From an uncultured virus (IMG/VR IMGVR_UViG_3300024319_000010) (lineage: Duplodnaviria > Heunggongvirae > Uroviricota > Caudoviricetes > Crassvirales), in IMG/VR virus record IMGVR_UViG_3300024319_000010: DNA of 64,000 bases; one strand, written 5' to 3'. Shown piece by piece: positions 39,801 through 49,231 of the stretch (its first letter is position 1; every line of letters starts with the position of its first letter). The position numbers and the translations under genes were made by a program. The notes under the pieces were generated by a model. That model was not told the origin of the DNA and ran no database searches. It worked only from the letters and a program-made list of their open reading frames with translations.

Positions 39801-42800
39801 GTGATCCCAACCTGTATCTGTATGATCTCCTAATACTATCTTGTATCTTTGTAAATCACCGTTGTTACCTCTGTAGTCTACTACTTTTAAATTTAGAGTT
39901 TGGTTATCAGTTCCGTTGTAGTATCCAAATAAATGATACTTGATATACCCTGAGTTATAAGTCTCTTCATTTATTGTAAAATAAAGATTCTGCCATGTAG
40001 TATCCCAATGTTTTGGACAATAGTAAACACGTCCAATATGATGTCTTCTAGCCTGTGTCGCACTTGCTCCTAATCCAGGGAATATGTGTCTATCAGTCAC
40101 CCCAGTTAAATAAGGAGTTCCTGGATTATTCAAGATCTGTGAATCTCCACTTGTTGAAGTCCAGTCAGCATTAACGTTTTGTTCTGCATTTGTTGGAGCG
40201 TGAGCAGACTCAGCATGTGTAAATGCATTATCCCAATCTCCATTATTATAACTAGTAGAGCCCGCTGATATTAGTTCATATGTAGTACCTGCATCATTTC
40301 TATATGTCAAGTAATCATTAGAACCAGACCATATTCTGTGAACCTCTGTTCCATCTGCGGCTTTCCAAACAATATCTCCAGGGTCTGCACCTTGAAAAGA
40401 TAAATCTGATGCTCCAAAATTATAACCAGAGTATGTTGTTCCATCAACAGATCCATCCGCTTTTAAAAATCCTGTAGATGCTCCACTAGGTATCGCAAAA
40501 GAAGCACCAATTACATCCCCTGCAACAGTTAAATCATTAGTTAAATCCCAAGTATCATCCCCGTCATCAAATATTAAACTTGCTTCTGTAATAGCAACGT
40601 CATTTTCATCAACTCCTCTATAAATAGATATACCAGACGTTGCTGCTGTTGCAGTGTCAGGTGTTCCTTGAGTTGTGTTAAGTTGTAGTATATTATCCTC
40701 AACCTCTACAGTTGCTGTGTTTATTGTAGTCGTAGTGCCGTTAACAGTTAACGCTCCTGTTATTTGTACACTACCTGCAAAAGTAGCTAAACCAGCTGAG
40801 TTTAAAGTAAATTGATCAGACCCTCCTTTTTGTATTTTAAAATTATTAGCTCCTGTTCCTGCAAAAGATCTATTTAAGATAAAGTTATGTTCTGAGTTTC
40901 CATCAGAATCTTGAGCAGCAGTAATAGAATTATTTACATCAGTTATATATAATTTTATAGATTGATCTGCTGTTCTACCGACTGATAAAGATCCAGTACC
41001 CGCACCAGTATGAACAGTTAGATTACCACCAAAATTACCACCTGTTGTCGCAGAGACAAAGTCTGTCTGATTAACTACTGTATCAGCAGCAGCACCTAAC
41101 TCTGTTAGAGTAGGTAGATGTCCTTCGTGATATATTTCTCTTGGAGTACTGTTATCTACGACATAGTTACCTTCTTCAAGTGTTGAAGTGTCTATTTCAA
41201 CACCTGTAGTACCTCCTGATACTGGAGCAGGTTCTGTAGTAACTACTGTAGGTGATGTATGAAAAGTAGTGGCACCTGATTTAGTTAAGTGAAGTCTTAA
41301 CATTTGGTATCTAGTAGTTCTTACATAAACATCAAAATAATGATAATACTGACTAGTTGTAATATCAGACTCAATAATTCTAATACCACATTTATCAGTG
41401 TCAGTTGCTCCAGATGCATTATGTAAAACATCAACTTGCCCAGTTATCTCAATAGTATCATTAGTCCCTCCTTCACGACCTACGATACCTAAGTCAACTT
41501 TTTGTGCTGCAAATCCTTCAACGTGATTAGAAAAAAGACCCCTAATGTGTAAACCACCATTACCTTGGTTTACAGTAGCAATTTTATACCATTTATTACC
41601 TGATAGACTACCCTCATCATTTACCTCAAAAACCCACTCTTTTGCCGAGCCATCTTTAGTTAAGAATTTAGCATTTGATTCAGTTTCAGTATAGTACCTG
41701 TCATCGTGATTATGTGTACTTGGTGGAAACGTACTAGGCTTATTAAGTATAAAAGAATCATCAGTAGTAGTGGTTTCAGTCCAATTTGCTTGCACATTCG
41801 CTTCAGCATCCGTAGGTGCGTGAGTAGCCTGTGAATGCGTATACGCAGTATCGTAATTAGTTTTATTAGTTGTTGTTAATTGATCTGTAGTCCATACTTG
41901 TGCCCAGTCTGTTTGCCATGTGTTATTTTGTTTACTTTTTATGTATAACTTATTAGCATGAAAATCCTGGAAGTTTGCTGTAGCCCAGTGAGTTGAATCC
42001 CAATATTTAATAGTAAGTAATCCATCTGATGCTCCTGTTGGTTCATCGTCAGCCTCACTTACATCCCATATATAAACACCTGAGGTAGTAATAGTGTCTA
42101 AGTCGTCTGAATGTCTTGCGTGTGTTCTTAAGTACCTGCCGTCATGGTTATGACTAGTTGTAGAATATCCGCTTAAGTCCTGATCTCCAGTATTTGTTCC
42201 TGATAAATTATTTGCTGATATATCATTTGTAATTTGTACATCACCATCTGCATAAGTTAAAGTGTCATTAGACCTTTGCCACTGAAAATCAGAACCAAAG
42301 GTATGACCATCCATATCTTGGTCTCCAGAGTCAAATGTCTCTACCCAATATCTTATATTGTAGTCACCAGGATGATTATGGTAAGCAGCCATATAAGTTC
42401 CCCCGCTGTCTGAAGCCATTGTTAATAGAGCATGGTTACTAGTTGTTCCTGCTAAAGTTACGTGTCTTACTACCCAAGCCGAAGTTGTGTTATTGTAATA
42501 AACTATATAACTAGCACCGCTATCTGTACCTGTTCCAGTAACAACTAATTTAACTCTAAAAGCATATGCTAATGAAGGTATGTAGTGAGTTGAATTTTTC
42601 CAGTCTATTTCCGTAGCGTTGTCTGTACCTGAACCAGAGACAAGTGATGTTCCTGAATGTAGAATAAATCTAGAACTTGCACCACCAACTGATAAAGTTT
42701 TATCAACTTGTAAACTACCTGAAAAAGTTGAGGCTAATGCACCTGTTTGAGTAAAAGCAGCATCTACGGTAACCGCTCCGTTGAAATAACTTGTGCCGTT

Positions 42801-43382
42801 ATTATAAAAATCATAACTAGCATGAACGCCAGTAGACATTACGGCAAACTTGCCTGTCGAATGACCAGTTGTCATTCCAACGTTCCCTGTTACAGTAACG
42901 CCTGTGCTTGTGGTTTCAAACTTTTTAGAGCCATTATAATATAATTGCACTTCAGCATCAGTAACAAACTTAGCCATAAACTCACTGTCAGTCTTTGTAA
43001 TTCTAACATCAGTACCATTTGTATCGATAGCTAACATACCAGCTCCAACTTCTTGGATGAAACTATTACTTCCGTCGTGGTATATCTGTAAGTCTTGAGA
43101 AGCTCCTAATTGTATTTTATCGCTATCGCCTAAGTTTAAGTTTCCATCTGTTAGGTTTAAGTTTCCATCTATAGTAACTAAACCACTTGAGTTAACATTT
43201 AATATAGGTATACCTGATATATCAGATATAGAAAACAAATCACCACTAAGGCTATTAGTTACAGAGAATAATTGACCTTGAGAACCTTGTACATCTAATA
43301 CAGTAGAACCGTTAGTAAAAATACTACCATCAATAACAATCTTACCTGAAACATCAATATTTGTTAGAAACTTTTGAGCCAT
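36873..43382 (-). CDS. Long tail fibre protein (2169 aa)
   Basis: Repeated VGIG[TQ]/VGINT units, HNHD.RY motifs, two GLD.D.[VL]DG motifs and a duplicated TH...HAPT.AE.NV.A.W block. Confidence 0.8.
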   Translation of the reverse strand: MAQKFLTNIDVSGKIVIDGSIFTNGSTVLDVQGSQGQLFSVTNSLSGDLFSISDISGIPILNVNSSGLVTIDGNLNLTDGNLNLGDSDKIQLGASQDLQIYHDGSNSFIQEVGAGMLAIDTNGTDVRITKTDSEFMAKFVTDAEVQLYYNGSKKFETTSTGVTVTGNVGMTTGHSTGKFAVMSTGVHASYDFYNNGTSYFNGAVTVDAAFTQTGALASTFSGSLQVDKTLSVGGASSRFILHSGTSLVSGSGTDNATEIDWKNSTHYIPSLAYAFRVKLVVTGTGTDSGASYIVYYNNTTSAWVVRHVTLAGTTSNHALLTMASDSGGTYMAAYHNHPGDYNIRYWVETFDSGDQDMDGHTFGSDFQWQRSNDTLTYADGDVQITNDISANNLSGTNTGDQDLSGYSTTSHNHDGRYLRTHARHSDDLDTITTSGVYIWDVSEADDEPTGASDGLLTIKYWDSTHWATANFQDFHANKLYIKSKQNNTWQTDWAQVWTTDQLTTTNKTNYDTAYTHSQATHAPTDAEANVQANWTETTTTDDSFILNKPSTFPPSTHNHDDRYYTETESNAKFLTKDGSAKEWVFEVNDEGSLSGNKWYKIATVNQGNGGLHIRGLFSNHVEGFAAQKVDLGIVGREGGTNDTIEITGQVDVLHNASGATDTDKCGIRIIESDITTSQYYHYFDVYVRTTRYQMLRLHLTKSGATTFHTSPTVVTTEPAPVSGGTTGVEIDTSTLEEGNYVVDNSTPREIYHEGHLPTLTELGAAADTVVNQTDFVSATTGGNFGGNLTVHTGAGTGSLSVGRTADQSIKLYITDVNNSITAAQDSDGNSEHNFILNRSFAGTGANNFKIQKGGSDQFTLNSAGLATFAGSVQITGALTVNGTTTTINTATVEVEDNILQLNTTQGTPDTATAATSGISIYRGVDENDVAITEASLIFDDGDDTWDLTNDLTVAGDVIGASFAIPSGASTGFLKADGSVDGTTYSGYNFGASDLSFQGADPGDIVWKAADGTEVHRIWSGSNDYLTYRNDAGTTYELISAGSTSYNNGDWDNAFTHAESAHAPTNAEQNVNADWTSTSGDSQILNNPGTPYLTGVTDRHIFPGLGASATQARRHHIGRVYYCPKHWDTTWQNLYFTINEETYNSGYIKYHLFGYYNGTDNQTLNLKVVDYRGNNGDLQRYKIVLGDHTDTGWDHSSQSVFYTDIYVEVSHYKSVKVVIDALGHPILHTNPTSGAGITVIYETPTITNITYTNETYDTTYLGSDTKIWNSANDGSGSGLDADTVDGTQGNLLKRINGEFVLDVNDDFDSETGTWAEGTGAAWGEPNVTGGYAYNDGTGSRTYDVPTGAESCWISHLTWSSGGYVDVLGVQSDGDEVFLRRINTHQTVQNSDEGAGQHDGSTITFAGTSLSSFGKIKFKNRTGRFHLTGITFSSSQWEGTEGTGMIHPAQITQQGSGNGLDSDKLDGQQGTYYLNYNNFTSTPTIPTDHGDHAGLYLPIGGGTLTGQLYVNETVKAEGFFSHQGTYTATTHTNNWQKVYSHNWSTFSFSAFTLKVLAGGNTANNNINADVHINYKMQNGVYRVYANIVNYGSEALLAENFKINLSVTSAASGSWTIWHKLISNYQTPYYTLVGSGIEGTWYSDTPETSPTGDDDTWNERIILNSMSVDTDNSANVGIGTTSATSLLEISQQLSAASTIDYPYTISSRDDGNSIDQQGGEGVGVKFRIAGNAATTPGDSLVGASIAAIRESSSDGDSSTGLGFFITQNDETLDEALRIDHDGKVGINTDSPDYTLDVQGDISLVGGGENYAIMSPINQGMQIAVGDPAAVATPLVTFDGANQRVGIGQVSPSEKLQVAGKVYIESQGVNWNETTPGTTRGAIHLDPAGNGVAHTGNAITFGASDHSNGSVADAGIYTRSDGTYGTKMYLATTDSYAVGSKTRMMINSNGHIGIGTSSPQQKLHIEGNIYMGPNNTNNFVHSGANLGLQADGEVKIVSDVNDTAGGGGSDIVFGYGSSTNTDSNQNFTEAELSTYPRVEVMRIDASTNRVGIGTNSPSEKLDVNGNIKVDNALLSNQENTNVDTGTEAIASVVLATYTAAFFDFVIKKGTNVRSGTVYACHDGTNVEFTETSTNDLGDTSDVTLNVVIASTYLQLQATTTSNDWIVKSLIRAL

Positions 43383-43410
43383 AATTTACTAAATATTTAA
43401 AAAAGTACGA

Positions 43411-44733
43411 TTACGCTACTTTTTGTATTAAAACTGTAATTTGTTCGTCTGATGCAGGAGCTACATTAAAACTAACTTTTATATGATCTGTTGATACTGT
43501 ATTACTTGCATCACTAACACCACGTCTAACCTCTGCTATTACAGTATTACCAGTAGCATCGTATAATTGAACAATTACTTTGTTAGAACTTAAACCGTGA
43601 TCTATATAAAAAACAGTTTCAGTATCATCTCCTACAGTTGTGCTTGCGCTTACGTCACTAAGAATTTCTGCAACTACAGTAGCTATAGGGAATTTTTTAG
43701 TAGCGTTACTTGCACCTACCCCTGCTAAACTTACTATACCTGTAGCGTCAGTTAGTTCATTTAAATCAAGAGTTAAAGAGTGAGTAGTTCCTTCACCAGA
43801 TGTTGCGGCAGAAGAATCAATACCTGTACTACCTGTAATAGTAGCAACATAGTCTCCAGTAGTATCAGTACCTAAAGCAATATTACCTTCTGTAGCAATA
43901 ACTTTAGCAGCACCATCATTTAGCATCCATTCGTCTGTAGCCTCATTCCAGTAAAGAGATACATCAGATGCATTACCTCTAAGAACTTCAATACCTGCAT
44001 TTTCAGAAGGAGCAACGTTACCTGCTATATTACTATTTAAAGTAATAATATTATCTGCTAGGTTAATTGTTTCAGAGTTAACTGTTGTAGTTGTACCTGA
44101 TACAGTTAAGTTACCTGTAATAACTATAGTATCACCTGAGTCAGCACCTATAACAATGTTTTCGTTAGCAGCGCCACTAGATGATTCTAGAGCAGCTAAT
44201 CTAGTTAATAAGTTTGCATTACTAATATCATCAACAGTTGTATCACCAGCTAATGCTGTAGTAGAAGTTGTACCTAAACTAGGTAAAGTAGTAGCAACAG
44301 TAGTAACTGTATCTACGTGACCTTGTGCTGTATAAGTTGTAGATATGTTATTGAAAGCCTCTCCAAATCCTAACGTTACGGCAGTTCCAGCAGTTGCTGT
44401 TGCCGTTACAGCGTCGTGATTAATTGTAAACGATTTATCAGCAGATTGATTTAAAGTAAAGACTCCAGTTTCTCCAGATCCAAAACTTAAAAGAGTTCCA
44501 GCAGTAACTGTTACTGTTGCGTCATAAACAGGATCGCCTACTTCTAACCATCCCCCTGTAGCTCCACTATAAACTTTTAATCTATAGTCAACTTCTGCAG
44601 AAGGTGAGGTATCAAAATATATACGACCTGCTTGTAAACTTGCAGTCGGAGCAGTCCCTAAAGGGTGTATAGATGCATTTTGTAGTTGATTACCATTAAG
44701 GTTAATATCAACAAGGTGTTTAATTTCAGCCAT
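43411..44733 (-). CDS. Tail fibre/adaptor protein (440 aa)
   Basis: GNLTVSGTTTTVN...DNII.LN module shared with the 2169-aa fibre; C-terminal H.L....V.VQ.YD domain. Confidence 0.7.
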   Translation of the reverse strand: MAEIKHLVDINLNGNQLQNASIHPLGTAPTASLQAGRIYFDTSPSAEVDYRLKVYSGATGGWLEVGDPVYDATVTVTAGTLLSFGSGETGVFTLNQSADKSFTINHDAVTATATAGTAVTLGFGEAFNNISTTYTAQGHVDTVTTVATTLPSLGTTSTTALAGDTTVDDISNANLLTRLAALESSSGAANENIVIGADSGDTIVITGNLTVSGTTTTVNSETINLADNIITLNSNIAGNVAPSENAGIEVLRGNASDVSLYWNEATDEWMLNDGAAKVIATEGNIALGTDTTGDYVATITGSTGIDSSAATSGEGTTHSLTLDLNELTDATGIVSLAGVGASNATKKFPIATVVAEILSDVSASTTVGDDTETVFYIDHGLSSNKVIVQLYDATGNTVIAEVRRGVSDASNTVSTDHIKVSFNVAPASDEQITVLIQKVA

Positions 44734-44762
44734 GATTATTTATTTTTAATTATATTATACAT

Positions 44763-45095
44763 TTAGTTTAAATATGCTTTTCCTGAGAACGTCGCCTCAA
44801 AGCTTACTGTGAGTCTGCTGTTTGTATTATAAACAACTTCCCCTACCACTACTGTATCTGCTGAATCAACTACTGTTACTGATGGTTTTTTATTTAGTGA
44901 ATGATTAATAACCCATTCATTTGATGCTACTGCTTGTGTGAAAACTTCAGAAGTAGATGCTGTACCTGCAGGTCCCTGAGTACCTACACTGGTAACTACC
45001 ACCTGGTTTTGCGAAGTTACAATTTTATTTTTAGTTGAGGAATTTACATGGACCTCATTATTTGCTGGTGTGGATATTTTTACGTATTTAGCCAT
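44763..45095 (-). CDS. Small tail structural protein
   Basis: GTQGPAG then W.INH.L...PSVTVVDS...FSGKAYLN. Confidence 0.65.
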   Translation of the reverse strand: MAKYVKISTPANNEVHVNSSTKNKIVTSQNQVVVTSVGTQGPAGTASTSEVFTQAVASNEWVINHSLNKKPSVTVVDSADTVVVGEVVYNTNSRLTVSFEATFSGKAYLN

Positions 45096-45439
45096 TATGC
45101 TACTGATTTTATAATTTGTATTTGTCCGGATATTAATCTTTCAGTAGTAGATGATAAAGTAAGATCTAAATCAAAATCAGCTCTGTTCCAAGTATAATTA
45201 GCAGTTGTAGAAGAAGGAATACTAATAGTAAACTCTCCTGCTGTTGCATTAGTAATAGTTATTCCATTACCTACACTCAAATCAACAACAAGTGTACTAT
45301 CACTTCTGTTGTCTTTTGCTTTTAAAGTTATTTGCGCACCACTTATATCTACAGCAGTATCATCTGCTTGCTTATATGTAAGTGTGTTATTAAACGTTGT
45401 ACCTTGTTCGATTTTAAAATTGTGTGATCCTGCAGCCAT
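45095..45439 (-). CDS. Beta-sandwich fibre-attachment protein (BppU/LtfC-like)
   Basis: IEQGTTF...VDISG...G.FTI.I....TA...FDL pattern. Confidence 0.55.
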   Translation of the reverse strand: MAAGSHNFKIEQGTTFNNTLTYKQADDTAVDISGAQITLKAKDNRSDSTLVVDLSVGNGITITNATAGEFTISIPSSTTANYTWNRADFDLDLTLSSTTERLISGQIQIIKSVA

Positions 45440-46662
45440 TATAAAGAATAATCAAATATGTTAGGTTTACCATTACCATTGTTTTCAATCAAACTAAAAC
45501 CAGCATTACTAGTCCAACCGTTTGACTCGCTGTAAAAGTTCCCGGTAAACAATGGGGCAATATCTACAGCACGATAATTTGCTTGATCTAGGTAAGTTTC
45601 GTTTAGAGTATGAAAAACCTTTTTAGATTTTCTAGAATGCCAGTGACCTCCTAGTAAAATGTTATAAGAATTTTGATCTCCGTACTCAAAAAATACTTTT
45701 CCTATATCTCCTTTAGATACTCCATGATGGTTATGAGTCATTACGTAAAAAATACCATCTATCATTCTATTTAAAATAATAGAAGAAAACTCAATATTAA
45801 CTTTTTTATTTAAATAGCTTTGTTTAACCATATAAAACAATAATCCAGCAACATCACCTTCGTTATCGTGTTTTGCATCAGAGGTAGATCTATCATGATT
45901 ACCTGCAACCATATACACGTCTGTTAAATTATTAACCGCTGCTAAAAAATCTCTTAATATTTCATAAGCCAAAATAACGACGTGGTGACCATATAATCCT
46001 TTCCCCATGCTTTTCCATGAGTTGATGTGATTAAGTCCCGTAAATGACTCTATAAAGTCTCCTAGAAAGATAATTGACACTTTCTTGTAGTCTTTCTCAT
46101 TTACTTTGTCTGCTATCTTTCTTAAATACTCTATTACTGTTTTGTAATTAAAGTCCTGTGTTTTTGCTAAATTCTGTATATCCGCTCCTATATGTAAATC
46201 TGCCAGACATAGAACGCCATGATTAGTGCCAGGTGTTCTTTTTACATTTATAGTAGATATCGCAGAGTCTAAGTTTTTCCTCAGTTCTTTATAATCTATT
46301 TCTTTTTCACGTGGTTTTAAAGTAAGCTTAACTTGATAGTTAGTCTTCTTTCCTTTCTGTGAAGTAACATCCCACGCGTTACAGGTGTAACCAGTTACTT
46401 CAAATTTTTTAAGATCTATTTTGAAGAAATCAATAGCCTCAGCTAAAGAGGTAATAGGTTTTTCTCCTTTATAGTTATATGTTGTTGGTACTCTTGAATC
46501 GTTTATTGATTCATGTCTTGATACTTTTGCGACCTTACGTCGTAAGGTACGATGAGAAAACATTTCTCCGGTATGGTGCGCTTGTACTATTTCTGCTATT
46601 TGGCTAAAACTTGAATCTGGGTTTTCTATTAACTTTTGTTTTATTACGTCTTCTAACTTCAC
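45439..46662 (-). CDS. Calcineurin-like metallophosphoesterase with an N-terminal HTH-like region
   Basis: ADLHIG, LGDFIE, GNHDR, THNH and GGHWH motifs; GTG start. Confidence 0.8.
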   Translation of the reverse strand: MKLEDVIKQKLIENPDSSFSQIAEIVQAHHTGEMFSHRTLRRKVAKVSRHESINDSRVPTTYNYKGEKPITSLAEAIDFFKIDLKKFEVTGYTCNAWDVTSQKGKKTNYQVKLTLKPREKEIDYKELRKNLDSAISTINVKRTPGTNHGVLCLADLHIGADIQNLAKTQDFNYKTVIEYLRKIADKVNEKDYKKVSIIFLGDFIESFTGLNHINSWKSMGKGLYGHHVVILAYEILRDFLAAVNNLTDVYMVAGNHDRSTSDAKHDNEGDVAGLLFYMVKQSYLNKKVNIEFSSIILNRMIDGIFYVMTHNHHGVSKGDIGKVFFEYGDQNSYNILLGGHWHSRKSKKVFHTLNETYLDQANYRAVDIAPLFTGNFYSESNGWTSNAGFSLIENNGNGKPNIFDYSL

Positions 46663-46684
46663 GATTGTTTGATTTATGGTTTCT

Positions 46685-46692
46685 CAAAAATA
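46685..46692 (-). promoter_or_regulatory. Bacteroidota -7 promoter box TATTTTTG
   Basis: Matches TAnnTTTG; between a terminator and the next gene. Confidence 0.6.
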
Positions 46693-46723
46693 CTAAATTT
46701 TAACTTGTCTGTTATTTTGTAAT

Positions 46724-46752
46724 AAAAAAGGGAGCAGTTTTAAAACCGCCCC
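46724..46752 (-). terminator. Intrinsic terminator
   Basis: Minus strand GGGGGCGGTTT-TA-AAACTGCTCCC hairpin followed by T6. Confidence 0.75.
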
Positions 46753-46802
46753 CTCCTTTGAACTAACAATAAAACTAACAAACAATTATATTATAAGTGT
46801 GT

Positions 46803-47588
46803 CTATTTAAGTTTTTCCACCTCGGTTACAATAGCCGCTGGTGTTACAGTAGAGTTGCCGTCTTTTACGTACACTTCAATAATGAAACTGTCATAATTTT
46901 TTGCATTTCCAACTGCTTTAGATGGTGTTACTTTTTCAGCTTCGATTAAAACTAAATCATAATTTCCAGATACTACAGATACTGGTTGTTTGATGTTTGT
47001 ACCACCAAGACCAAATAAACCACCGTCAATGAATCCAGCTTTTTCTGCTTGAGCTACTTTAGCTTCAGTTCCTACAGAAGGAACAGCTGCTGTACCGTAA
47101 ACAAATGAACTAGCGTCATTTCCAGCTAATCTGAAATGTGAGTCAATAGGAGCTGTAATTGTAATAACAGCACCAGATATACTTGCACCAAAACCATAGA
47201 ACTCAGAGCTTGACTTAGCAAACTCAATATCCATAAGAGCTTCAATAGCTGCAGCACTTGCACCTTCGAAAGTTTTAATTGGAAGGTTCATAGTACCTTT
47301 AGTAGTGTTGATGATTTTTACATAAGCACTTCCTGATTCTAATGCAATTGTTGCAGTAGAGGATTGTGCTGTTCCAGCGCTATACGCTATAGAAGTAACT
47401 TTTTTGATGTTACCTTCGCTGATTGGACCTACGTTTTTAGATCCGTAGAATAATGATACGTTGTCGTCTCCGCTTGTTAATGCAGCTGTAAAAGTTGCGC
47501 CATCTTTTGCGTAACCGAACTTTGCAGCTTCAAAAGCAGAAGCAGCAGCAGTATCACTGTTGATGATTAGGACTTCTTTTTTTGCCAT
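46803..47588 (-). CDS. Putative auxiliary capsid protein (261 aa)
   Basis: A/S/G-rich beta protein three genes after MCP; shares the MCP leader sequence; followed by a terminator. Confidence 0.6.
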   Translation of the reverse strand: MAKKEVLIINSDTAAASAFEAAKFGYAKDGATFTAALTSGDDNVSLFYGSKNVGPISEGNIKKVTSIAYSAGTAQSSTATIALESGSAYVKIINTTKGTMNLPIKTFEGASAAAIEALMDIEFAKSSSEFYGFGASISGAVITITAPIDSHFRLAGNDASSFVYGTAAVPSVGTEAKVAQAEKAGFIDGGLFGLGGTNIKQPVSVVSGNYDLVLIEAEKVTPSKAVGNAKNYDSFIIEVYVKDGNSTVTPAAIVTEVEKLK

Positions 47589-47622
47589 GATAAATAAATA
47601 TTAAAGATTAAAATTAAATTAA

Positions 47623-48351
47623 TTACTCAGATTGAGATCCCTCAATTGAATTGGTTTGGTATCTCGGAGCCTCTGTTGCTTCTAATAAATGTTTAACTGT
47701 TAAATCTACTATCTCTTGGTGTGTATGTTCTGCTAGCTCGCAATCCAGGTTCGAAGATAAGGAAATTTCTGAAGGCTCCCTAATGTAATCTAAGCCTACA
47801 CCTTTTAATAGAAACCTTTTGTTCGTAAATACCTTAATAAACGTATCTGAAATTATGCCCATTGGGCTTTTATGTGTTGATTGTGCAAAAGGACTTGCAA
47901 GCAAATTGTATGCATCATCTGGCTCAACAATCCGTAAGACAACTTCTTTTTTATACTTGTCTACTTCTATTTCTGTTTCGCCTGCTGAAACATCTGCTCC
48001 TAGTTTTGCTCTTCCGCAATCATCGTAATAAACTTTAACTCTAGAGTTAATTAAAAACATGTAGTCTGTTGGTAAATCAAAATCCTCATGATCTACAGTA
48101 GCACTCATTGTAGAAACGTCATCACTATAATCTAATATAGTTAACACACGTAAATCATCAATACGTTTTTGTGTACCGTAATATCCTGATTGTTTTGGAT
48201 CTGATTTAGACCAAAAGCGTTGTTTTATAAAACGCTCTTGCATTTTATTTAAAGCAAAGTCCAATTCCTCTGGTAAAAAAGTATCAAAGGAATTAGAACC
48301 TACTTTTTGTAGACCTTGTTCTACAGCAAAATGCATTTCTGCTACTGTCAT
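47623..48351 (-). CDS. Head-tail ring/adaptor protein
   Basis: F.PEE.D..LN..Q, LP.DY.F and Y.R.P......CEL.EH.H.EIVD motifs of conserved crAss-like ring proteins. Confidence 0.7.
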   Translation of the reverse strand: MTVAEMHFAVEQGLQKVGSNSFDTFLPEELDFALNKMQERFIKQRFWSKSDPKQSGYYGTQKRIDDLRVLTILDYSDDVSTMSATVDHEDFDLPTDYMFLINSRVKVYYDDCGRAKLGADVSAGETEIEVDKYKKEVVLRIVEPDDAYNLLASPFAQSTHKSPMGIISDTFIKVFTNKRFLLKGVGLDYIREPSEISLSSNLDCELAEHTHQEIVDLTVKHLLEATEAPRYQTNSIEGSQSE

Positions 48352-48353
48352 AA

Positions 48354-49163
48354 TTAACTAAAAGTTTTTAGACGTGCTTTTAAGGTTGTTAATACATCAG
48401 AATTTTTCTTGTCTTTTATAAACAAGATCGCTTCTTCCATAGAGTCTCCTAAAGACACATCTCCGTTTAATATAGTATTACCTACCTTACGTAGGACTTC
48501 TCTTGTCAAGCAGTCGTTTACGAAAGCCTGGTGCTCTAAATTCTTATCAGTAGCATATCCTAAAAACTGTGTTGGATCTGCTTCAACCTCTCCTTCAAGA
48601 GTGATTTCTTTCTGAGCTTCATCCATTGTTTTAGGCTCGTAACCGTAAACTTGTAATAATTGATCCATTTTGGATACATTAGAGGTAACCTTTATAAATT
48701 CTTTGTAAGCTTCTTTTCTCTTTCTAACTCCTGATAGCTTTTTAACTTTTTCAATTTTGGTATCATAGATAAAGTACTTGTAACCTCTATTAGATTTCAT
48801 TTCTTTTTCATCTTGCGCTACGTAGGGATGCGCACATGCGAATTTCCATCTTATGTAATCCATTAAATTTAATGGTTCTCCATTATCATCTGTTCCTACT
48901 TCTAAATCTGTTCCTGTAGATTCAATAGTAACAGTCATGTTATGGAAATATTTTTTTACCTCTTTCATAAAATTAATGTCAGTTGCATCGACACCAATTA
49001 TTTGAGGCATGTATTTTTTTTGTTCTGCAAAGGTAAGACCTGTTTGAGAGTCTCCATTACTAGAAAAAGTGGAACCTATTTTTCGTTTAGCTTCTGCATA
49101 AACGTGTTCCGGTAAATTTGTTGCGTTAGCTTTTCGTTTTAAAACTACTTTTCTTGAACTCAT
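48354..49163 (-). CDS. Conserved crAss-like protein downstream of MCP
   Basis: Likely start MSSRKVV at 49163, since the ORF-track start lies inside a terminator hairpin; synteny. Confidence 0.65.
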   Translation of the reverse strand: MSSRKVVLKRKANATNLPEHVYAEAKRKIGSTFSSNGDSQTGLTFAEQKKYMPQIIGVDATDINFMKEVKKYFHNMTVTIESTGTDLEVGTDDNGEPLNLMDYIRWKFACAHPYVAQDEKEMKSNRGYKYFIYDTKIEKVKKLSGVRKRKEAYKEFIKVTSNVSKMDQLLQVYGYEPKTMDEAQKEITLEGEVEADPTQFLGYATDKNLEHQAFVNDCLTREVLRKVGNTILNGDVSLGDSMEEAILFIKDKKNSDVLTTLKARLKTFS

Positions 49164-49181
49164 GATTTTATTTTCTATGTT

Positions 49182-49222
49182 AAACAAAACAGTAAAGGGG
49201 AGCATTTCTACTCCCCTGACTG
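49182..49222 (-). terminator. Intrinsic terminator/attenuator after MCP
   Basis: Minus strand CAGTCAGGGGAG-TAGAAATG-CTCCCCTTTACTG followed by TTTTGTTT. Confidence 0.7.
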
Positions 49223-49231
49223 CTTATAAAT

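Noticed and set aside
29107..43382. Diversity-generating retroelement or invertible shufflon acting on the fibre genes
   Set aside because: I saw no reverse transcriptase, recombinase, adenine-specific TR/VR pair or inverted cassette. Paralog similarity is at the protein level.
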